IMG/VR virus record: IMGVR_UViG_3300038425_000145
Location: 1 to 37,901 of that record
From: a virus
Lineage: Duplodnaviria > Caudoviricetes
DNA: 37,901 nt
Reading direction: 5' to 3' (one strand)
A program made the position numbers and the translations under genes. Positions 18,117-26,177 of the stretch are shown one piece after another (the stretch's first letter is position 1; every line of letters starts with the position of its first letter). Below the pieces are notes generated by a model, which searched no databases, was not told the DNA's origin, and worked only from the letters and a program-made list of their open reading frames with translations.

Positions 18117-20902
18117 TGGTTCCTAACAAGTTTCCTTCCTACACCTCTGGCCTTCGCCTCGCACTTATCGGCGAAGCTCCCGGACGTGACGAGGTTCAAT
18201 TCGGCGCACCTTTTGTCGGCGCGTCGGGACGTTTTCTTGCTACCCTCTTGTCCCGTGCCGGCGTTCAAAAAGATGCTTGTTACCTTGGCAACGTCTCACA
18301 ATACCAACCACCAAATAACGACATAACCAAGTTCTTATGGCACGGCGACGAAATCCAACACGGCTTATATCAACTGACCCAAGACCTCGTGGCGTTCAAA
18401 CCAAACCTTGTAGTTCTCCTTTGCGACCTTGGCAACATTCCCTTAAAAGCGGCAAAGGACTGTGCGTCTCCGATGACGAAAAAGCATGCGTTCAGTGTTA
18501 CTAATTGGCGTGGTTCGTTATTTTTGGGTAACGAAGGGCCGTTCAAGGGAATGAAATGTATGGCAACATACCACCCTGCGTTTTGCCTGCGGGATTCTGG
18601 GTCAGCACCATTTCTTCAACTTGACTTACGAAAAGCTGTTCGAGAAGCAGCTAGTCCGCTACTTAATTTACCACAACGAAACTTTCTGATTAACCTATCA
18701 GAAGAAGAAATTATTTTTCGTTTTCGACAAATACGCAAAGACAAAATTTCGGTTGCTTTTGACATAGAAGGCTACGTTGATGCAATGACCTGTATCAGCT
18801 TTGCGACAAGTCCCCAAGAAGCTTTTATTTTGGACTGCGACAAAATGTCTCCTTTACTTTGGCAAGAAATGGCTTTCGTTTTGGAAGACCCCGAAGTCCC
18901 AAAAGTATTACAGAATGAACTTTACGATACCTTTGTTCTTCATTACTCTTATGGAATAAGAGTGCAGGGCAAGTCTAATGATATAATGATTAAACATTGG
19001 GGACTTTATAGCGAACTCGCAAAAGAAGATAAGACGATGTCGGATTCGGAGTCTGCCACAACAAAGAAAAAGACTCGTGGTAAGGGCGGCCTAAGTCTCG
19101 CTATTCAGGCTTCTCTTTATACGGATGAACCCTATTACAAATACGAACGCAAAATCGAAGATAAAGAAACTCATCATATTTACTGCTGTCGAGACTCAGC
19201 CGTAACCAAAGAATGTTGTCTTGCACAACAAGCAGCCTTTGATGGACTTAATGGATGGGACCAAGTTCGCACAGCAAAAGAAAGGGAACTAATTAAAGAG
19301 CATTACAAATTTAACATGGGAATGTTAAACGTAATGCTTTATATGGAACTTCGTGGAATTAAATATGACGTTAAGAGAGCGGCTACTCGGCGTCAAGATT
19401 TGCTTAAAGCATTACACGAAGCCCAAGCCAAATTAAACGTCATAACCGGCCACGGCTTTTCGTGGACGAAAGGAATTGATGAAATCAAGAACAAGGCACA
19501 AGAAGTTATGTGGACGAAAAAGGGAGACCGTCCTTACAAAGAACATATCGAATCAGTCAAGAGACTTGAAACGCTTATTAAAACGTCTAGCCCTAGCCTT
19601 GCCACAATAGGCGAAATCGAAGACCTCTGTGAAGTCTCGTTAAACGTAGATAGCGCAAAACAATTCCAACGATATTTATATGAAATACTCAAATTACCAG
19701 TGCAAATGTCCGACGTTAGGGGACAAGAACCACACGTTACAAGTGACTACGAAGCCTTGCTCAAGCTCTCCCGTTGGTGCCAACAAAACACGAAAACTGA
19801 AGCTTTTGCCATTGTCCAAAAAGCTATTGAAATACGTGCTCTCGGCACTAGAGCGCAAATGCTCGGTATCAGTGCAGACAAAGACGGACGAATCCGGTGC
19901 GGTTATAATCTTGTTGGCTCTAACACCGGACGAATTACATGCTATGAGTCCCCTACCGGGAGTGGTTACAATTTACAAACCATTCCAAACTACACCTCTA
20001 CGAAGGAAGCTCCGGGAAATGTTCTTGGAGATAGAGATTTATTTGTTGCAGACAACGATTGCTGGTTATTCCAATGCGACTTGTCTGGTGCCGACGGATG
20101 GACAGTGGCAGCGTATAGTGCAATGCTTGGCGACCCGAATATGCTGCTTGACTACAAAGCCGGTATCTCGCCGTTCAAAATCCTTACCTGTATGCTTCGT
20201 GGATGGAAAGTCCCCGACGACAGGCAAGAAATCGCGCAGCTTGTTAAGAAAATAGGTAAAGACGACTGGGACCGTTTTGCCTGTAAACGAGTCCAACACG
20301 GTGGTTCTTACCTTGAAGGCGGACTAACTATTAGTCGTAACATTCTCAAAGACTCCGAGGGAAAGCTCTACATGACTTCGACGGAGTGTGACGGACTCAA
20401 GAACTATTTCTTCACCCGTTACTGGGGCGTGCGTAAATGGCACGATTGGATAGCACGACGCTTGAAAGAGCGTCCTATTCTTGTCGCCGCCTCCGGCCAA
20501 GTCAGGCAATTCTTCGGACGGCCTGACGAGATATTAACCAAAGCGGTCGCGTTCGAGCCGCAGGCCAACACGACCTACGCCACGAATCTTGCGGCGTGGA
20601 GATTATGGAGTGATGATGAAAACAGGTATTCACAAACTAACACAAAAGGAGAAAGAATGGATTGCGTCGCTATCCCCAATACAACACGCACGTTGGCGGG
20701 GGTTTCTCTCCGAATCGAGCCTCTACACCAAGTCCATGACGCCCTCATTGGCCAATTCCGCAAGTCCGACACACATTGGGCTGTTCCTCGCGTGCGGAGC
20801 TACTTCGATAACCCACTGGTCATCGCGGGGCAGACTATTACCATTCCGTTTGAGGGGAATTTTGGAGTTAGTTGGGGTAATCTAAACGAAGGAAAGATAT
20901 GA
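18116..20902 (+). CDS. polA: Family A DNA polymerase with N-terminal family-4-like uracil-DNA glycosylase and 3'-5' exonuclease domains
   Basis: IGEAPG...PFVGASG and TYHPA (UDG); FDIEG and YCCRD (exonuclease); TGR, NLQTIP, DLSGAD, KRVQHGGSY, QVHDAL (PolA). Confidence 0.92.
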   Translation: MVPNKFPSYTSGLRLALIGEAPGRDEVQFGAPFVGASGRFLATLLSRAGVQKDACYLGNVSQYQPPNNDITKFLWHGDEIQHGLYQLTQDLVAFKPNLVVLLCDLGNIPLKAAKDCASPMTKKHAFSVTNWRGSLFLGNEGPFKGMKCMATYHPAFCLRDSGSAPFLQLDLRKAVREAASPLLNLPQRNFLINLSEEEIIFRFRQIRKDKISVAFDIEGYVDAMTCISFATSPQEAFILDCDKMSPLLWQEMAFVLEDPEVPKVLQNELYDTFVLHYSYGIRVQGKSNDIMIKHWGLYSELAKEDKTMSDSESATTKKKTRGKGGLSLAIQASLYTDEPYYKYERKIEDKETHHIYCCRDSAVTKECCLAQQAAFDGLNGWDQVRTAKERELIKEHYKFNMGMLNVMLYMELRGIKYDVKRAATRRQDLLKALHEAQAKLNVITGHGFSWTKGIDEIKNKAQEVMWTKKGDRPYKEHIESVKRLETLIKTSSPSLATIGEIEDLCEVSLNVDSAKQFQRYLYEILKLPVQMSDVRGQEPHVTSDYEALLKLSRWCQQNTKTEAFAIVQKAIEIRALGTRAQMLGISADKDGRIRCGYNLVGSNTGRITCYESPTGSGYNLQTIPNYTSTKEAPGNVLGDRDLFVADNDCWLFQCDLSGADGWTVAAYSAMLGDPNMLLDYKAGISPFKILTCMLRGWKVPDDRQEIAQLVKKIGKDDWDRFACKRVQHGGSYLEGGLTISRNILKDSEGKLYMTSTECDGLKNYFFTRYWGVRKWHDWIARRLKERPILVAASGQVRQFFGRPDEILTKAVAFEPQANTTYATNLAAWRLWSDDENRYSQTNTKGERMDCVAIPNTTRTLAGVSLRIEPLHQVHDALIGQFRKSDTHWAVPRVRSYFDNPLVIAGQTITIPFEGNFGVSWGNLNEGKI

Positions 20903-21075
20903 GAACTACAATACGAGACTTAATCCGTGACCTTGAAGAAGCCGCAGCGGGAAACTATGAAAAAGAGGTGCGTTTCCATCACCCAGAATACTGCGAAGCC
21001 GACCATGACTATTTTGACTATGAACAAACTGTTGACAAACCCTTAAACAAAGTGACGATTCATATCAAGGACTAA
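20899..21075 (+). CDS. Small acidic hypothetical protein
   Basis: MRTTIRDLIRDLEE..., 58 aa, fills the pol-ligase gap with an ATGA overlap. Confidence 0.65.
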   Translation: MRTTIRDLIRDLEEAAAGNYEKEVRFHHPEYCEADHDYFDYEQTVDKPLNKVTIHIKD

Positions 21076-21076
21076 T

Positions 21077-22054
21077 ATGGCACTAATCAAACAAGTCATG
21101 AAGGGTCCGAACGAAATCCTGCCTTTCGACCACCCCACAATTCGTTATCCCCAACTCGCTTCGACCAAGTTTGACGGCTTTCGTTGCTTGTGCTTGTGCG
21201 GCGAACGCTTTTTATCTCCAAACCTTAAGGACATACGAAACAAGAACCTTGCTGGCTTCCTAGCTGAACTTGGCAACCTTTGTAACAAGAATCACCTTGT
21301 CGTTGATGGCGAACTCTGGTCACCCAAGCGTTCCTTTCACGAAGAAATTAAGGCGAATGGCATTAGCAGTATTCTTACCACGTTTGACCTCAACATCCCC
21401 AATGACATCGGCTATTACGTCTTCGATATGATGTGCGAGGAGGACTGGGACGGTGGAACCGAGGAGTTGTTTTTTACCCGTTATACCACGTATTCTCAAA
21501 TTCTACATAACATACCCCATGTTATCCCTGTTTTGCAATATCCCGTCCACAGTCCACAAGAAGCCGAAGCGTTTTTCAACAACCAACTCGACCTCGAACA
21601 AGAAGGCATGATTTTGCGTCAACCCAACGCCAAATATAAGCACGGGCGTTGCACGACTAACCAAGACGGCATGTGGAAGTTTAAGGAGTTCATCACGCAT
21701 GACGCGATGATTGTTGGCGTTGAAGAACAGATGAAGCTAAAGCCGGGTGTCGAGCGAACTCGTAACGAGATAGGCCATCTTGAACGTCGGTTCGAGCAAG
21801 ACTTATATGAACCAGCAGGAATGGTTGGCGCGTTTGTCGTGCAACAAGACCCACAAGATGGACAAGCACATCAATTTAAGGTTAAACCCGGTAAGGGACA
21901 AAACGCTTACCTCAAAACATCATGGTGGCAAGATTACAAGCAGCATCCTGAAAAGTGGCATGGGAAGCATATTGAGTATCGCTACATGCCCCACGGGACT
22001 AAGGACAAGCCTCGTATTGGCTCGCTCGTTCGTTTTAGACCAGATAAAGATTAA
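21077..22054 (+). CDS. ATP-dependent DNA ligase
   Basis: KFDG, VDGEL, YVFD, EGMILR, WKFK and C-terminal PRIG...FR. Confidence 0.93.
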   Translation: MALIKQVMKGPNEILPFDHPTIRYPQLASTKFDGFRCLCLCGERFLSPNLKDIRNKNLAGFLAELGNLCNKNHLVVDGELWSPKRSFHEEIKANGISSILTTFDLNIPNDIGYYVFDMMCEEDWDGGTEELFFTRYTTYSQILHNIPHVIPVLQYPVHSPQEAEAFFNNQLDLEQEGMILRQPNAKYKHGRCTTNQDGMWKFKEFITHDAMIVGVEEQMKLKPGVERTRNEIGHLERRFEQDLYEPAGMVGAFVVQQDPQDGQAHQFKVKPGKGQNAYLKTSWWQDYKQHPEKWHGKHIEYRYMPHGTKDKPRIGSLVRFRPDKD

Positions 22055-22062
22055 GGGAGTTC

Positions 22063-22079
22063 TGTCCACAAACTGGACA
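22063..22079. promoter_or_regulatory. Dispersed palindrome copy 5
   Basis: TGTCCACAAACTGGACA followed by ATACT-ATG. Confidence 0.65.
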
Positions 22080-22084
22080 ATACT

Positions 22085-23338
22085 ATGGGATATTTAGCAG
22101 ACTATCTACACTATTACTCTGGCACCGAGGTTCCCGAGGAATACGTCTACTGGTCGGGCTTGTCCATACTCGGCCACATGCTTGGTCGCAAGTGTTGGAT
22201 AGCACACGGAGACTACTTCAAGTTCACTGGTGCTTTGTTCGTCACTCTTGTCGGCGAAGCTGGTTCTGGCAAGAACACTGGCTTAAGCGTGAACAAGAAA
22301 ATCATGGTTAAACACTTTCCTGACTACCTTATGTCCGCGTCAATACAAAGCCGCGAGGACATTGCTTGGCAAATGGGGGAAGAAACTGCCACGAATCCCA
22401 AAGTCTGGAAAACCCCCAACGGAAGCCTGCAATCCTTTCGTCCTTTTTATATTCTTAACAACGAGCTTGCTTCGTTCTTGTCCGTCGACAAGATTCGCAT
22501 GGTAGAGTTCCTTACCGAAGTGTTCGATGGCGAGGACTTTAGCACGGGGTTCAAAAAGGATAGACAGCTTGACCCTACACGTCGCCAGTGGTTCTCTGAC
22601 CCTCATGTCTCGTTACTCGCTGGAGCTGTGCCAAGCTTTTTTATGGACACGCTCAAAATGGACTTGTTCTCTCGCGGGCTTGGACGACGAATGATTATTG
22701 TCAACGCGAGCCGGACAAAGTGTATACCGAACCCAAGGTTTCCGTTAGGTGCCGAAACTGCACTAGCCCGCGCAATCGAACACCTTAAAAAAGCCGAGAA
22801 ATACAGTGGCGAGATTCGACTCAACCCCGAAGCCTCCGAATGGTGGGACGCATGGTATAAACAACATCGTGATAATCGTCCCGGCGACCCGATTTTAAGT
22901 CAATTCTGGGTTACCGAACCAATGCAAGTTCTCAAGGTCGCTCTTGACTTAAACATGTGCGAGTTCCCTTTCAAGGACAAGATGGAAATCGCTCACTTGC
23001 AAGCTGCCGAGGCGTTATTGCAAAAGCTCAAGCCTGACATTATTCGGCTAACAAGTGGCATCGGACGCAACGAACTCGCCGGAGTTGGTGCGCAACTCCT
23101 CGACTTCATCGAGCGCACAGGTGGGATGCAGACGGAGAACAACGTGCTTAAGTATTTCCGTCGGTATGCTTCAATGCCAGAGTTCATGGAAATATGCAAT
23201 TCCTATATTAAAACTGGTGAACTCATCGTCACCGCAAATAAAGAAGGTCACTTAGCTTACTTCACTCCTGCTGGCCGTGAAGCATACTTAAAAATGAAAA
23301 ACTCTGCTCCTATTGGTGCGCCGGATAGCAGGCCATAA
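22085..23338 (+). CDS. DUF3987-like P-loop ATPase (putative replicative helicase)
   Basis: TEVPEEY, LVGEAGSGKN, NELASF and SRGLGRR motifs. Confidence 0.7.
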   Translation: MGYLADYLHYYSGTEVPEEYVYWSGLSILGHMLGRKCWIAHGDYFKFTGALFVTLVGEAGSGKNTGLSVNKKIMVKHFPDYLMSASIQSREDIAWQMGEETATNPKVWKTPNGSLQSFRPFYILNNELASFLSVDKIRMVEFLTEVFDGEDFSTGFKKDRQLDPTRRQWFSDPHVSLLAGAVPSFFMDTLKMDLFSRGLGRRMIIVNASRTKCIPNPRFPLGAETALARAIEHLKKAEKYSGEIRLNPEASEWWDAWYKQHRDNRPGDPILSQFWVTEPMQVLKVALDLNMCEFPFKDKMEIAHLQAAEALLQKLKPDIIRLTSGIGRNELAGVGAQLLDFIERTGGMQTENNVLKYFRRYASMPEFMEICNSYIKTGELIVTANKEGHLAYFTPAGREAYLKMKNSAPIGAPDSRP

Positions 23339-23346
23339 TAGGCTAG

Positions 23347-23424
23347 AAAAGCGACAGGTGCCGCCTAAAAAGCGACAGGTGCAATCTTGCTATCTGGTGC
23401 ATATAGCGATAGCAGAAAGCGACA
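23347..23424 (+). repeat. Direct repeats AAAAGCGACAGGTGC x2 plus a partial third copy
   Basis: Copies at 23347 and 23368 (21-bp period); AAAGCGACA at 23416. Confidence 0.75.
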
Positions 23425-23428
23425 ATCT

Positions 23429-23626
23429 ATGCCAAACATCATTCCAATGAAGAAAGTAAAGCACGAGGATGGCACAAAAGAAACGGTTCTAAAATTCGGC
23501 CATGCGACTTGTCCAGTTTGCGGACAAGACTTTATCAAGGTAAGAGCAAAGCAACGTTACGACAAATATCTATGTCGCAATCGAGACTACTGGAAAAAGA
23601 AAAACAAAGAAGAATTTAATAATTAA
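23429..23626 (+). CDS. Small zinc-finger protein
   Basis: ATG 23429; CPVCGQDF...QRYDKYLCR. Confidence 0.65.
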   Translation: MPNIIPMKKVKHEDGTKETVLKFGHATCPVCGQDFIKVRAKQRYDKYLCRNRDYWKKKNKEEFNN

Positions 23627-23627
23627 T

Positions 23628-24200
23628 ATGAACCATCAAATTATACTACCAACAAAACGCAGTGTCAACTACTTAGTTAACTACGGAAAACTCACGGTCA
23701 AGAAAAACGGTTGGCTTGCCAACAAGCTAATTAGTTTTTTACTTTATCTAAAAATTGTTAAATGGAACATTTACGAAACAGAAACAATTACTACTATTTC
23801 AATTTGTGTAGATGATTACATTCGTTTTGTAAACAAGGAACGAAATAAAATCGGGCGTGATTATGGTAATCGAGACTTAATTTTAATTATGGGTCCCCGA
23901 CAATTTCAAGAAATCGTAAAGCAAGAAGTATTTGTGCCAATGGTTTTTACTTGGCCAGACAAAAACACCGCGTTAAATGTTTGCGGTTTAATCACATGTG
24001 TTCTTCCGTGGATTGACGGAGTGGTTTTGGTGCCACGAGAATACTGGCCGATTGATACAAAAATTGTGGAGAAGGTTGTTGCCATGACTCCCGAAATGGC
24101 AGATGACGAACGAAAGAAACAAGAAGGAATACGAGCAGCGAATATGTGGAATCGGTTTATGGGAAGAACGGTCACTGAAAGCTACGTGGATGAGGACTAA
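23628..24200 (+). CDS. Hypothetical protein
   Basis: 190 aa; last plus-strand gene of the block; VLPWIDGVVLVP motif. Confidence 0.75.
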   Translation: MNHQIILPTKRSVNYLVNYGKLTVKKNGWLANKLISFLLYLKIVKWNIYETETITTISICVDDYIRFVNKERNKIGRDYGNRDLILIMGPRQFQEIVKQEVFVPMVFTWPDKNTALNVCGLITCVLPWIDGVVLVPREYWPIDTKIVEKVVAMTPEMADDERKKQEGIRAANMWNRFMGRTVTESYVDED

Positions 24201-24451
24201 ACATACCCCGCAAACTTAAATCGCTTTGGTTGGTGCTCTTTACAATAAAGCTCCTGTCCCTTAAACAACTCCCTCAACGATATGAAAAAGTCATTTCTAC
24301 ACCCGCTTTTGAAGCAGCGCACCTTTATTCGGCGTGGCTGTTCCGGCTTGGGGGACGGCGAGGCTTCCAAAGTCTTTGACTCGCACAATGGGGTCGACTC
24401 CGGCGACAACGTGGTAGTTGACTTTGGCAAGAATTTCGTATCTATCTTCAT
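24197..24451 (-). CDS. Possible small zinc-binding protein
   Basis: CFKSGC...YCKEH; overlaps the end of the psd-like gene by 155 bp. Confidence 0.4.
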   Translation of the reverse strand: MKIDTKFLPKSTTTLSPESTPLCESKTLEASPSPKPEQPRRIKVRCFKSGCRNDFFISLRELFKGQELYCKEHQPKRFKFAGYV

Positions 24452-25085
24452 TGGGTTTAAGCGGTATAACTAAATCAACTTGACTACCAAAACGAACAAT
24501 CCCAAAGCGTTCTCCCTGACACTGATGCTCATAGCCCCAGTTGGCTATTTCATCCACATCCCGTTCTGCAACCTGAATCATATAGTATGAGGTCTTTATT
24601 CGAGGTGCATACATTCTGGTTATGCAACGCTCATTGGGAAAGAGGTAACCCATATCCTCTGGGTGTGAACCTTTCCCGTGCATCAAGTCCTCCTGCTCCA
24701 ACATCATTGAAAAATTATGCGTAAACAAATAAGGCGTCTTGTGGACCTCAGTCAAATAACCACTGGTCGGACACCGATTGACGTGGACGTCATATTCCGT
24801 CATGTAAATGCCGATGCAAAGAAACTCTCCGGCCAACTCTTTGTCATCGAGCAAATCACGGGGCGTGAATTTTCGACCTTTGACCACAACTATACTCTCG
24901 TCCGCTTTGACGCGGGGGTGAGCATACAAGATAACCCCGTCCGCCGGCGCAAGAAACAGTTCAGGGCGAATATAAACAGGTCGAAGCGGGTCACGAAAGA
25001 ACTCACGCCCGTAACGATTCCCGGCGTTGGTTTCTTTAATCCTGACTACTTCTGGACTCTTAATCCATTGAGCTAAAGGTAGCAT
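24297..25085 (-). CDS. psd: Phosphatidylserine decarboxylase-family pyruvoyl proenzyme
   Basis: FFRDP, APADG, DVHVNRCP, NER and GERFGIVRFGSQVDL (G|S autocleavage site); no N-terminal membrane anchor; true substrate uncertain. Confidence 0.88.
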   Translation of the reverse strand: MLPLAQWIKSPEVVRIKETNAGNRYGREFFRDPLRPVYIRPELFLAPADGVILYAHPRVKADESIVVVKGRKFTPRDLLDDKELAGEFLCIGIYMTEYDVHVNRCPTSGYLTEVHKTPYLFTHNFSMMLEQEDLMHGKGSHPEDMGYLFPNERCITRMYAPRIKTSYYMIQVAERDVDEIANWGYEHQCQGERFGIVRFGSQVDLVIPLKPNEDRYEILAKVNYHVVAGVDPIVRVKDFGSLAVPQAGTATPNKGALLQKRV

Positions 25086-25088
25086 AAT

Positions 25089-25346
25089 ATGAAAATAAAC
25101 ACTAAGGAAATCTGGTGGTGTAATTCACATCAAAGACAGGCAACCCATATAGATTGGAAACAGGGTAAGTGGGTATGTGACCCGAAACTCGGTGGAATTT
25201 TGTTACCGTGTGTTTGCATAAACATAACGGGAATTGCTAGAATATGTAATTCAAGTGACTCACAAAACACGAAAGCTTTGCTCCCGAAGCCTCGCACTCG
25301 CTCAAATCAAAATACGAAATCTCCTTTCCCAATTCATGACAAATAA
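25089..25346 (+). CDS. Small Cys-rich protein, antisense to the late operon
   Basis: WCNSHQRQAT...CDPKLGGILLPCVC; the Cys-rich part fills the gap between the two enzyme genes. Confidence 0.5.
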   Translation: MKINTKEIWWCNSHQRQATHIDWKQGKWVCDPKLGGILLPCVCINITGIARICNSSDSQNTKALLPKPRTRSNQNTKSPFPIHDK

Positions 25347-26175
25347 GCTCAAGACGTTCGTTTTTATTCTTCTGGTCATCGTAGCCCTCATCGCCTCGGC
25401 GCAAATACTGAAGATTGGACGAATTGTATATCGCGTTTTCCACTTTCAAGGAGTTACATATTCCCGCGTATGCGTCATTCTTACTTACTGGCCATACTGT
25501 TGCAACGCGCTCGACCGCGCGAACTTGTTCCCTCTCCATGATTTCAGAACACATCATAACATTATACTCATCCATCGGTAGAACCGAACAATCAAGATGG
25601 TAAAGAACCTCGTCAGTCTCTTTGATAGGAAGAATTTTACAACCAAAAGTTGACTCCAACCACTTATGCGCACGAATGTCCGACCTAAACCCATACCCTC
25701 CTATGTAGATATTGTCCCGCAAGTATTTCAACTCCGGCTCACCTTCAAAACGAAACGGGCACTTGACGACTTCATAACCAAGGTCTCGAAGGAGACCGGC
25801 GGCGACCCATTCTTCGCCATCGCGTCCTTCGGCAGTAAAGTTAGAAAGGACTATCACGTTACGATTCTTAAGGTGCGGCAGGTAGGCGAAGCAGTTGACA
25901 TACGTCTGGTCTTGAAGCCCTTTCATGGGGGTAAGAAGATAAGTCAAAGAGTTTGCCGCGAGACAGTTGTAAAGATTATACCACTGGGCAAGAAACTTCG
26001 GACGGTCAAGTTCATGCGTGGATAGTTCTTCCATTGTTTTGTTGTTCTTTATCTTAGTGTCCACAAAGGCCGGTGGACACATGACGAATACGGGATATGG
26101 GTATTCGCTCGGCGTTTTCGGCATCCACTTGGGACTCGAAAGCGCGTTTTGTTTTTGGGGTGCTTGTGTTGGCAT
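25237..26175 (-). CDS. Amidinotransferase/DDAH/arginine-dihydrolase (pentein) family enzyme
   Basis: MCPP, QW, GLQD, RDGEE, FEGE, GYGFRS, YHLD and C-terminal candidate catalytic Cys in SGAKLSC. Confidence 0.88.
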   Translation of the reverse strand: MPTQAPQKQNALSSPKWMPKTPSEYPYPVFVMCPPAFVDTKIKNNKTMEELSTHELDRPKFLAQWYNLYNCLAANSLTYLLTPMKGLQDQTYVNCFAYLPHLKNRNVIVLSNFTAEGRDGEEWVAAGLLRDLGYEVVKCPFRFEGEPELKYLRDNIYIGGYGFRSDIRAHKWLESTFGCKILPIKETDEVLYHLDCSVLPMDEYNVMMCSEIMEREQVRAVERVATVWPVSKNDAYAGICNSLKVENAIYNSSNLQYLRRGDEGYDDQKNKNERLELICHELGKEISYFDLSECEASGAKLSCFVSHLNYIF

Positions 26176-26177
26176 AA

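Noticed and set aside
23509-23527. Eighth palindrome copy (TTGTCCAGTTTGCGGACAA)
   Set aside because: Two mismatches, and explained by the CPVCGQ zinc-finger codons; ambiguous.
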